This document shows, piece by piece, positions 6,655 to 13,844 of a DNA stretch of 64,000 nt. The translations under genes and the position numbers were made by a program. Location: positions 32,001-96,000 of IMG/VR virus record IMGVR_UViG_3300013121_000026. One strand, written 5' to 3'. The stretch's first letter is position 1. Each line of letters opens with the position of its first letter. Under the pieces are notes generated by a model. The model saw nothing but the letters and a program-made list of their open reading frames with translations. It made no database searches and was not told the origin of the DNA. The DNA comes from a virus (Duplodnaviria > Caudoviricetes).

Positions 6655-6774
6655 AGGCTATCTACAGCAACTAATTTGGGTCTTGTATACCCGTGGTCGT
6701 TGGTTCGAAGCCAACCTAGGTTATTTGTTAACCTAGTAGCTCAGTTTGGTAGAGCACGTAAAATGTATAGCCTG
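6655..6774 (+). ncRNA. CNGCA stem-loop RNA unit B containing a circularly permuted tRNA (YrlA-like architecture)
   Basis: AGGCTAT-CTA-CAGCA...ATAGCCT-G enclosing anticodon arm, T-arm, looped acceptor stem and D-arm in that order. Confidence 0.8.
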
Positions 6775-6785
6775 TTTTAATATAT

Positions 6786-6860
6786 ACGAGTGTAGCTTAG
6801 TCTGGTCTAAAGCACTGGTCTCCAAAACCAGCAACGTGGGTTCGAATCCTACCTCTCGTG
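6786..6860 (+). tRNA. tRNA-Trp(CCA)
   Basis: CTGGT-CTCCAAA-ACCAG anticodon arm, canonical D- and T-arms, G73. Confidence 0.9.
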
Positions 6861-6861
6861 C

Positions 6862-6936
6862 GCCAACATAGCTTAATGTTAGAGCTCCTTCATGGTAAGA
6901 AGGCAGATGTGAGTTAAACTCTCACTGTTGGCTCCA
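6862..6936 (+). tRNA. tRNA-Thr(GGT)
   Basis: GCCAACA/TGTTGGC acceptor, loop ATGGTAA, T-loop TTAAACT, TCCA end. Confidence 0.85.
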
Positions 6937-6943
6937 GTTTTTT

Positions 6944-7035
6944 GGAAGAATGGCCGAGAGGTTTATGGCAGCAGTTTGCTAAATTGTCGTACCTTGAAAA
7001 GGGTACCGTGAGTTCGAATCTCACTTCTTCCACCA
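6944..7035 (+). tRNA. tRNA-Ser(GCT)
   Basis: GGAAGAA/TTCTTCC acceptor, loop TTGCTAA, long variable arm, ACCA end. Confidence 0.9.
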
Positions 7036-7042
7036 AAATTAT

Positions 7043-7078
7043 AGAGGGCATAGCTGTTAAAACTATGCCCTCTCCTTT
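7043..7078 (+). terminator. Hairpin after the tRNA block, possible terminator
   Basis: AGAGGGCATAG/CTATGCCCTCT 11-bp stem with a short T tail. Confidence 0.45.
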
Positions 7079-7188
7079 AACTTACTGACAACTGATTGGA
7101 AAAGAGATATATCATTATCTAGTAGTTGACTATTTTTTCTTACCATGTTACTATTAGAGACCTTCACAACAAAAGGAGAATTTATACT

Positions 7189-7395
7189 ATGGGCGAAGAA
7201 AATACTAACGAAAACACTTCTGGCAAGTCTTTGTTTGATCAGGCAACTGCTGAGGCGCAGAAGTCTCGTCGTAGCGCTGCTCTTGCAGAAGTTAAGAAGC
7301 ACGTTGAAATGATTAAGACGGCCGAAAAGACGATTGCAGTTGCTAAGCAGGCGATTGCAAAGATTGAAGAAGACTTCAAGAACGGCACCTTCTAA
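7189..7395 (+). CDS. Small coiled-coil hypothetical protein
   Basis: AAGGAG SD before the ATG at 7189. Confidence 0.65.
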   Translation: MGEENTNENTSGKSLFDQATAEAQKSRRSAALAEVKKHVEMIKTAEKTIAVAKQAIAKIEEDFKNGTF

Positions 7396-7413
7396 ACAAA
7401 AAGGGGAACAAAT

Positions 7414-7935
7414 ATGTTCGAGTTCATCCATCATGGTGGATTTTATGCTGAAGTTTGTTCCCCTAATTTCTATTTGCATAACAACATTGTTTTTTACATT
7501 CCACCAATTACAATTAATACACATGATCTTGACAAAGGTGGGAATTGGAAGCTAACTGCTAGTCGGAAATCCCATTCATCATCAATTCGAATTCGTGTGT
7601 TTGATCATGAAACTGGATTTGCATTTGGTTTTAGAGTTCCTGGATTTAATGCCAAGAACGAAAATCATTTGTTTGATGAAGTTAATAATTTATTCCAGTC
7701 TAAAATCTTAATTAAAAATAGAGTCTACAAAACATTTACTTTTGAAAGAGCAAATATTGTTGCTACTAATCTATACAAGGAAATTGACGACAACTGGATT
7801 AAGGAAAACGTTGTCGAAATGCTTGATAAGTATAATGAGAAAATCAAAAGTGAACTTGGTGATTTTCGTGTTAAAGAAGATGAACAGACATGGTGGCCTT
7901 ATAATTGCCCACCTGAAATGAGACTAACAGAATAA
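7414..7935 (+). CDS. Hypothetical protein
   Basis: 173-aa ORF with SD. Confidence 0.6.
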   Translation: MFEFIHHGGFYAEVCSPNFYLHNNIVFYIPPITINTHDLDKGGNWKLTASRKSHSSSIRIRVFDHETGFAFGFRVPGFNAKNENHLFDEVNNLFQSKILIKNRVYKTFTFERANIVATNLYKEIDDNWIKENVVEMLDKYNEKIKSELGDFRVKEDEQTWWPYNCPPEMRLTE

Positions 7936-7937
7936 AT

Positions 7938-7976
7938 GGCTCCGTAGCTCAGCAGGACAGAGCAACAGCCTTAAGA
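7938..7976 (+). pseudogene. 5' half of a split tRNA (Arg-like body)
   Basis: GGCTCCG-TA-GCTC-AGCAGGACA-GAGC-A-ACAGC-CTTAAGA; its acceptor strand pairs with CGGAGTC at 8875-8881. Confidence 0.7.
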
Positions 7977-8011
7977 AGAACACCTCAGAAAATAAGTTTA
8001 ACAGAATAAAT

Positions 8012-8094
8012 GCGGTTGTAGCCGAGGAGAGTTTCTACCTCTTTAAACGTAACTGGAGCTGAAAATGCGGGTTCGAATCCTGCCAACCGCGCCA
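8012..8094 (+). ncRNA. tRNA-like RNA with non-canonical D and anticodon regions
   Basis: GCGGTTG/CAACCGC acceptor, GCGGG-TTCGAAT-CCTGC T-arm, GCCA end. Confidence 0.6.
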
Positions 8095-8233
8095 TCAAAA
8101 AGTATCTATATTTAAATAGTAAAATTTCTGCAATCTTCCTTGGAGGAAATAATTTGTAAATTAATGAGTCCAACGACAATGTCTAATTTTTCTTTTTGTT
8201 GTTTTTGAGGTTTATAATAAACTTCATTAAAAA

Positions 8234-8735
8234 CATGCTTATCCGGTTAACACATACAATTCCCTGTGCTAGTTTTTGGTCATCGGGCAATACCGCCATT
8301 TCATGGAGGCTTTCATGGCTCACGTAACGATCGAAACCGACTCCAATGGCAACGTTGTTCTGGTCGAACCCAAGCGCCGCGCCGGATTGGACCAACGTGT
8401 ATTTCGTCAGATTGGCGTTCACTATGAGTGGGCTCATTTGAACGACTGGCGCGAACACGGTGGCCGCGCTCGTTTTTACGGTTGGGCTTCTAAGGAACTT
8501 CCCGCCACCATGACATCGCAGGAGGCGTAAATGAACGACGTTGAAGAATGCCGCCGCTGCAACGGGTCTGGCGAAATTGCGATAAGCACGCGAGACGGTC
8601 ATTTTATTGCTCCGGGACCGGTTCCAGACGACGCTACCGGGTTTGCCGTCGCAACCTGCGATGAATGCCGTGGAATGTGCTACGTTGAAGACGGATCAAC
8701 CTTTGGAGGATGTATGTTCAAACCGGATAAGCATG
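8234..8735. mobile_element. 502-bp non-autonomous insertion cassette (MIC/MITE), IS1595-family-like
   Basis: Perfect 15-bp TIR CATGCTTATCCGGTT (8234-8248, 8721-8735); 8-bp TSD ATTAAAAA (8226-8233, 8736-8743); GC-rich interior; no transposase. Confidence 0.85.
8315..8530 (+). CDS. Cassette passenger gene 1, hypothetical
   Basis: GGAGG SD, GC-rich codons. Confidence 0.65.
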   Translation: MAHVTIETDSNGNVVLVEPKRRAGLDQRVFRQIGVHYEWAHLNDWREHGGRARFYGWASKELPATMTSQEA

Positions 8736-8740
8736 ATTAA
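8531..8740 (+). CDS. Cassette passenger gene 2, DnaJ-type zinc-finger mini-protein
   Basis: AGGAGG SD; CRRCNGSG and CDECRGMC. Confidence 0.65.
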   Translation: MNDVEECRRCNGSGEIAISTRDGHFIAPGPVPDDATGFAVATCDECRGMCYVEDGSTFGGCMFKPDKHD

Positions 8741-8846
8741 AAAGACTATAAATATTCATGTGGGACTCCTTTGGTTTTATGCATTTAGTTCTACAGACCA
8801 TGGGTATTTGTACTACCGCGATGGTCACTACTATTTATAAAAACTG

Positions 8847-8885
8847 GAGCTGAAAATGCGGGTTCGAATCCAGCCGGAGTCACCA
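8847..8885 (+). pseudogene. 3' half of the split tRNA
   Basis: GCTGA-AAAT-GCGGG-TTCGAAT-CCAGC-CGGAGTC-ACCA. Confidence 0.7.
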
Positions 8886-8896
8886 AATTATTTTAA

Positions 8897-8971
8897 GCGT
8901 CCGTAGTTCAACAGCGGAATACTAGTTTGCCAAACTAGAGGTCGTGGGGGCGGCACCCACCGGACGCTCCA
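8897..8971 (+). tRNA. tRNA-Gly(GCC), T-loop GGCGGCA
   Basis: GCGTCCG/CGGACGC acceptor, CTAGT-TTGCCAA-ACTAG, TCCA end. Confidence 0.85.
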
Positions 8972-9090
8972 AATAAATGTGTTGTAATCTTTATCTTTTG
9001 TGTTACAATGATTTTCGTAACAAGGAGAACGCAATGTACACCGAAAAACAATTGTATGACGCACTTTGTGAGGTATTGTCTAGTGAATAA

Positions 9091-9175
9091 GCGCCTATGG
9101 CGGAATTGGCAGACGCGGTAGACTTAGAATCTATTTCCTATAGGAGTGGGGGTTCAAGTCCCTCTAGGCGCACCA
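9091..9175 (+). tRNA. tRNA-Leu(TAG)
   Basis: GCGCCTA/TAGGCGC acceptor, loop CTTAGAA, long variable arm, ACCA end. Confidence 0.92.
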
Positions 9176-9191
9176 TTAATAGGAGAACACA

Positions 9192-9437
9192 ATGAGTGAA
9201 GATGCTTTGAACACTATCATAACTGCTAAAAGCAAGAAAGAAGCAATGCAGGCTGCTATCTATATTATTGAAAGAAATATAGAAGCTGCTGCGGAACGAC
9301 ACTATTCCGAAATAATTTTCAAGCCTGATTACCCTAGTCAGAGCACTTATGAAAAATATGCAGCTACCTATTGTAAATGGGAAATTGAAACAATTAAAAC
9401 TTTGGAAAGGATGATAGACGAAATCATCACTGAATAA
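9192..9437 (+). CDS. Hypothetical protein
   Basis: AGGAG SD. Confidence 0.6.
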   Translation: MSEDALNTIITAKSKKEAMQAAIYIIERNIEAAAERHYSEIIFKPDYPSQSTYEKYAATYCKWEIETIKTLERMIDEIITE

Positions 9438-9465
9438 AAGCACTTATAACGAAAAGGAGATTAAT

Positions 9466-9684
9466 ATGAACTATGCCGTATTGACTCGTAAAAGTGATAA
9501 GGAACCCTGGCTTCTTCTTAATATTTGCGAAGATTCCAACGCAGAAAAAACAGCACTAAACTATATTAATCTTTGGAGAGGTGTTTTTCCGGGTAATATG
9601 TTTAGTATTGCTAAACGAGAAGAGCATAAAATGAAACGTTGCTTGCATACTAACAACACTGATGGATTTCCAGAAGTTAGGTAA
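9466..9684 (+). CDS. Hypothetical protein
   Basis: AAGGAG SD. Confidence 0.6.
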   Translation: MNYAVLTRKSDKEPWLLLNICEDSNAEKTALNYINLWRGVFPGNMFSIAKREEHKMKRCLHTNNTDGFPEVR

Positions 9685-10186
9685 CCTTCTTCATATAACC
9701 AGTAATAAATTCCCTGGGGATATGCGGAAATCTTAACTCCGTGGTCTGATAATATTCGTGGTCCTGTTTACCATTACGTTTGTGTTGATCATAATGACTT
9801 TTGTTTGTAAGACGCTGGCGAGCATAGTCAACATTACCACGAATTTTTGTATCCATGTGTTTGTCTGCCCATTCCCTAGGAATCTTAGCAACAATCGTTG
9901 CTCGTTCATTGTGAGGAACGTGTTGAGCCTTTCCTTTGGCTCCACGAAAATTGGCCTCGCCGCCGTGCATTGAAGCGTAACCATGCGCTGTATGAGGATC
10001 ATGTGTCATGGATACCCATCCATTGGGACCTGCTTTAATCCCTTCAGCAGCAATTGCTTTTAAATTGGATTGATGTGTGCCATGATACATTATTAAATGA
10101 TTGCCATTGCCCCACCAGCCAATATCTGGGTTCTTATTAAATTCTGTTTGTTGCATTTCGTTTAAAAACTGTCTGAGTGTTTTCAT
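9677..10186 (-). CDS. ADP-ribosyltransferase-fold protein, probably virion-internal
   Basis: MKTLRQFLNE capsid-targeting-like N-terminus; YHGT...I..EGI, WVSMT..P..A.GYA, late Glu (TELRF). Confidence 0.6.
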   Translation of the reverse strand: MKTLRQFLNEMQQTEFNKNPDIGWWGNGNHLIMYHGTHQSNLKAIAAEGIKAGPNGWVSMTHDPHTAHGYASMHGGEANFRGAKGKAQHVPHNERATIVAKIPREWADKHMDTKIRGNVDYARQRLTNKSHYDQHKRNGKQDHEYYQTTELRFPHIPREFITGYMKKVT

Positions 10187-10319
10187 TCTTGACCTCTTAT
10201 GGCAATTATGTTATATTTATTACTGTTATACTTCGGCCTCTGGTTTATCTACGCCTCTACTTGAACTAACAAGAGATGAACAAATCTCCATGGAAATTTG
10301 TTCAGGAGTCGTCAAATGT

Positions 10320-10405
10320 GGAGGGTAGCACTCAATGGTGGGTAACTGGTCTTGAAAACCAGGCTGACCGAAAGGTCAAGGGTTCGATTCCTTTGCCCTC
10401 CTCCA
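10320..10405 (+). tRNA. tRNA-Ser(TGA)
   Basis: GGAGGGT/GCCCTCC acceptor, loop CTTGAAA, long variable arm. Confidence 0.9.
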
Positions 10406-10456
10406 CTTCCCTAGTTTTAAAACTAGGTGGCACCCCAGCGGTACAGGAGATTTAAT

Positions 10457-10708
10457 ATGAAAGTCCTTTTGATTTTGATTTTGTTTATGACTCCTGCTAA
10501 TGCGTTCTTGATGGGAGAACTTGATCCTGCTCTAGAACGAGAATACCACAATCCACCAACCTATGAAGATTGCTATAGACTTGGTTGGATTCGTGGTGTT
10601 CATTTTGAAATTTACGGTGAAGAAAAGGCATGGATGGATCAGTGTCTAGCGAACAAAGTTTCGTTCCATTTAAATGGGCGGGCAAACAAAGGTCGCCAAA
10701 AGAAATGA
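10457..10708 (+). CDS. Secreted hypothetical protein
   Basis: AGGAG SD; MKVLLILILFMTPANA signal peptide. Confidence 0.6.
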   Translation: MKVLLILILFMTPANAFLMGELDPALEREYHNPPTYEDCYRLGWIRGVHFEIYGEEKAWMDQCLANKVSFHLNGRANKGRQKK

Positions 10709-10734
10709 TTCTTTGTGTTCGTTTGTTAAAGTAT

Positions 10735-10809
10735 AGCTCTAGGGCGGCAGGGTGTCGCAAGTTCCTCATAAGGACTACAAGAACGGTTCGATCCCGTTTA
10801 GAGCTACCA
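10735..10809 (+). tRNA. tRNA with CAT anticodon (elongator Met or Ile2)
   Basis: AGCTCTA/TAGAGCT acceptor, loop CTCATAA, ACCA end. Confidence 0.8.
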
Positions 10810-10823
10810 AGAGATAAAATTTA

Positions 10824-11129
10824 ATGTTAGAAAAGCACCAAAAAATAATTAATAGAACAGAAGAAAAAATTCGTAAGAAAGTTGCTATTCTTAGGGATAA
10901 GATCAAACTACATAATAAGAAGCTAGAAGATTTTCAAAACAACGATTGCCCTCATCCTAATCTAACATACACAGCCAAAGGCTCTACCGGTAATTGGGAT
11001 AGAGAAAACACTTATTGGTATGAGTGGTGCTGTGATTGCTGCGGCAAACGTTGGATTACAAATCAAGATGAGGAAGGAAAAGAAACGAGATCCCGTTTTC
11101 CTCATGCAACACAAAAGAGAGAAATTTAA
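10824..11129 (+). CDS. Hypothetical protein with zinc-binding motif
   Basis: CPH...CDCCGKRW. Confidence 0.6.
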   Translation: MLEKHQKIINRTEEKIRKKVAILRDKIKLHNKKLEDFQNNDCPHPNLTYTAKGSTGNWDRENTYWYEWCCDCCGKRWITNQDEEGKETRSRFPHATQKREI

Positions 11130-11130
11130 A

Positions 11131-11814
11131 TTGAAATACGCATTAATATCTGATCTACACATTGATTTTTTGCCAGATCAAACTGTACATGAACTAGTTC
11201 AACACATTAACGTCAATACGACTGATGTTGATGCTATTCTCAATGCTGGTGATATTGCGGAAAATTTAAATAAACGTGAGGAGTTCTTCAATCAAATCAG
11301 TAAACCAACTTTTCATGTAATGGGAAATCATGACTATTACCGTTCTGGTGGTGGAAGAACATTAGAATATGTTCCAGAGCATGACATGGTATTAGCTACT
11401 CTTTGGACTAATTTTAATAATGATGTCGATTGTGTTATGGCTGCTCGAAAATATATCATGGATTTTCGTCTTATTAATTTTTGGTCACACCTGGATATGA
11501 ACAAAGCATATAAGGAAACTATTGAATTTATTGAGAATCATCGACCTAAAATCGTGGTCACACACTTTGGTCCACACAAAAAAGGAATCGCTGAGAAGTA
11601 CAAAAAGAATGAAGAAAAACTTAATAGGTACTTTATTAATGATTGCTCCAGCACTATTAAGAAAGTTAAGCCTGCTGTCTGGGCATTTGGACATACACAT
11701 TCTGCAATTGATACAACCGTTGGCAAAACTAGAATCATTGCAAATCCAATGGGTTATCCGAACGAAAATTACTACTTAATTAAAGACTATCCAATCGTAA
11801 AATTTGACGCTTGA
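11131..11814 (+). CDS. Calcineurin-like metallophosphoesterase
   Basis: SDLH, AGD, GNHD, THF and GHTH motifs; TTG start at 11131 preferred over the ORF-track start. Confidence 0.88.
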   Translation: MKYALISDLHIDFLPDQTVHELVQHINVNTTDVDAILNAGDIAENLNKREEFFNQISKPTFHVMGNHDYYRSGGGRTLEYVPEHDMVLATLWTNFNNDVDCVMAARKYIMDFRLINFWSHLDMNKAYKETIEFIENHRPKIVVTHFGPHKKGIAEKYKKNEEKLNRYFINDCSSTIKKVKPAVWAFGHTHSAIDTTVGKTRIIANPMGYPNENYYLIKDYPIVKFDA

Positions 11815-11839
11815 CAAACTAACCAGACTGTTTTACGAT
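11811..11839 (+). promoter_or_regulatory. sigma70-like promoter
   Basis: TTGACA-N17-TACGAT just upstream of a tRNA. Confidence 0.55.
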
Positions 11840-11853
11840 ACTCTTGTTAAAGT

Positions 11854-11943
11854 GGACCCATAGTTTAAAGGTAAAACACCAGTTTTATAAACTGTACTCC
11901 GGATTAGAGGGTAATATAGGTTCGAGTCCTATTGGGTCTACCA
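11854..11943 (+). tRNA. tRNA-Ile(TAT) with long variable region
   Basis: GGACCCA/TGGGTCT acceptor, loop TTTATAA, about 20-nt variable region, ACCA end. Confidence 0.8.
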
Positions 11944-12025
11944 ATTTTAATATTGACGATGAAGATCAAAAAGTAATTAACACTATTAGGTGCCGTGTTC
12001 CTCAATTTAAAAGGAAAGATTAATC

Positions 12026-12601
12026 ATGAAACGTGCAATTGTAGGACTATTTCTTTTGTTGACAACTTCAGCTAACGCTGCTAATGTTCGGTTCTATGAA
12101 AGCAACAAGAACAAAGATTGGGAAATCTTTGGCGTAGTCAAATCTGATAAGGGCATACCTTATGATAGATGTTTGATGCAGAGGTCCTACAAGGATGGTT
12201 CCTACATTCAGTTAATCAAAGACCTTTCAAACAATCAGACGCATATGCTGATTGCCAATGCCGAATGGAATCTAACAGTTACTCCTGAAAATAAGCCAGA
12301 TGGCAAATCTAGAATTTTCTTCATTAGGAATTCTGAAATCGCCGATGGATCTTCTAATTTTTTTATTATTGGGAAGAAAGAGATAATTTTTCCGGACCTC
12401 AATGAAGAATTCTTGCGTAATTGGATCGAGTATAAAGCAGTCCTCGTCATTATGCCACCTGAGTATAACTTTGTGAAGTTTACTTTAGATAATACGACCA
12501 ATGCTCTGATGGAACTGGTAGACTGCATCAAAACCTATAACAAGTTGCCTCAGAAGAAACAAACTCCTATTCTTCCTAATGCAGTTGAAAGAAAGGCATA
12601 A
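12026..12601 (+). CDS. Secreted/periplasmic hypothetical protein
   Basis: Signal peptide MKRAIVGLFLLLTTSANA. Confidence 0.7.
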   Translation: MKRAIVGLFLLLTTSANAANVRFYESNKNKDWEIFGVVKSDKGIPYDRCLMQRSYKDGSYIQLIKDLSNNQTHMLIANAEWNLTVTPENKPDGKSRIFFIRNSEIADGSSNFFIIGKKEIIFPDLNEEFLRNWIEYKAVLVIMPPEYNFVKFTLDNTTNALMELVDCIKTYNKLPQKKQTPILPNAVERKA

Positions 12602-12611
12602 ATAACTTAAC

Positions 12612-12686
12612 GCGGGTGTGGTATAAGGGTTGTGCCTTGGCCTTCCAAGCCAAAGAAGTCCAGTTCGAGTCTGGCTACCCGCTCCA
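12612..12686 (+). tRNA. tRNA-Gly(TCC)
   Basis: GCGGGTG/TACCCGC acceptor, loop CTTCCAA, TCCA end. Confidence 0.9.
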
Positions 12687-12738
12687 AAATACTAGTTGAC
12701 ATTACGATTGAATGTGTTAAATTAATCAAATGCAACTT

Positions 12739-12822
12739 GGGCACGTGGTGAAATCGGAAAACACGAAAGACTTAAAATCTTTTGCCTATGGCTTGTCGGT
12801 TCAAGTCCGACCGTGCCCACCA
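12739..12822 (+). tRNA. tRNA-Leu(TAA)
   Basis: GGGCACG/CGTGCCC acceptor, loop CTTAAAA, long variable arm, ACCA end. Confidence 0.92.
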
Positions 12823-12841
12823 TTATTATGAAGGGATAACA

Positions 12842-13141
12842 ATGTCCTATAAATTGTTTTTGGATGATGAGAGATTTCCTGTGGATGATACATTTGTAAT
12901 TGCTCGTTCTTATGATGATGCAGTTCAATTGTTTCATCTGTCTGGATTTCCAGCGTATGTGTCCTTTGACCATGACCTTGGTAGCAAAATGACCGGCTTT
13001 GATTTTGCTACGTTCCTTATTAATCAAGATCTCGACAATGATAATATGCCTGATGGGTTTACTTGGTATGTTCACAGCCAAAATCCTGTTGGGTCCCAAA
13101 ACATCGATATGTTGTTGAGGAATTACATTAACAGGAGGTGA
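12842..13141 (+). CDS. Cyclic-phosphate-processing receiver-domain protein (cREC)
   Basis: LFLDDERFP, SFDHDLG, TGFD and VHSQNPVG motifs; start at ATG 12842 after GAGGGA. Confidence 0.8.
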   Translation: MSYKLFLDDERFPVDDTFVIARSYDDAVQLFHLSGFPAYVSFDHDLGSKMTGFDFATFLINQDLDNDNMPDGFTWYVHSQNPVGSQNIDMLLRNYINRR

Positions 13142-13303
13142 AATAAATTATGACGTTTTGGATTATTTTTACTATTGTTCTTTCACTTATTGCCTTCTGG
13201 GATATTACCAAAGATGTATTTCCTTGGTGGGTAGCCATTGTAATTGGATTTAGTATTGGATTTGGTTTTGGTGAAATTGTGTTTCATCTAGCAAAAATAA
13301 CAC

Positions 13304-13332
13304 TTGCAATTAATAACTAGATTGGATATACT
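13304..13332 (+). promoter_or_regulatory. sigma70-like promoter for the RNA array and DUF2828 gene
   Basis: TTGCAA-N17-TATACT, 13 nt before unit 1. Confidence 0.6.
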
Positions 13333-13345
13333 AAGAACAGTTAAA

Positions 13346-13834
13346 AGGATATGTTCAGCACTTAATTAATATCCGTGGTAGTTGTAGTTTTAACTACACA
13401 AGCTGTTTGAGCTAAGAAAAACTAGTTGGGTGCCTGCGAATACGGCACGATATCCTGATTAAAGAGTTTTAAGAATCCCTACAGCAATCAATAAATTTTC
13501 ATTTGTAGAAAAAGAAGTGGATTCTGTTTATTTTGGAATGTTTACTGCACTCTAAATCCTTTCAGAACAAATTGGGAGTTGGAGACTCCCAAACATTCCG
13601 GTAAAATACAAGATTAAATACAGCAAACAAAAATATTTGGAATCCCTATAAAGGGGAAGGCTTTAGAATAAAGGCATTTGTTCTAAAGGATGGTCAAAAG
13701 TTCGAGGACTTTTATAATAACCTGAACCCGTAAAACGGATGGTGTACCATAATATATGCATTTAATCTGTAACTAAAATTTAAGTTTCATTTCCGCAACC
13801 ATAACAGCTTTGTACGCTCAAAAACATGAAACTG
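13346..13834 (+). ncRNA. Tandem array of five CNGCA stem-loop RNA units (Y-RNA-like candidates)
   Basis: Units 13346-13457, 13472-13526, 13535-13600, 13611-13769 and 13783-13834; each has a different but perfectly paired 7-9 bp stem, CNGCA at nt 11-15 and a 3' G. Confidence 0.8.
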
Positions 13835-13844
13835 GAGAAAAATT

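Larger units (their letters stand above)
8051..8871. repeat. 30-bp exact direct repeat (8051-8080 and 8842-8871)
   Basis: AACTGGAGCTGAAAATGCGGGTTCGAATCC at both sites. Confidence 0.9.

Noticed and set aside
8183-8602. 139-aa minus-strand ORF as the cassette transposase
   Set aside because: No DDE or zinc-ribbon motifs and it crosses the left TIR; antisense shadow of the passenger genes
13346-13834. CRISPR array
   Set aside because: No identical repeats; conservation is structural, unit lengths vary from 52 to 159 nt, and no cas operon is present (21859 is the usual phage exonuclease)
13346-13834. Classical Y RNAs
   Set aside because: The canonical bulged-C Ro-binding helix (GGUCCGA/UUGACC-like) was not seen, so they are reported only as Y-RNA-like candidates
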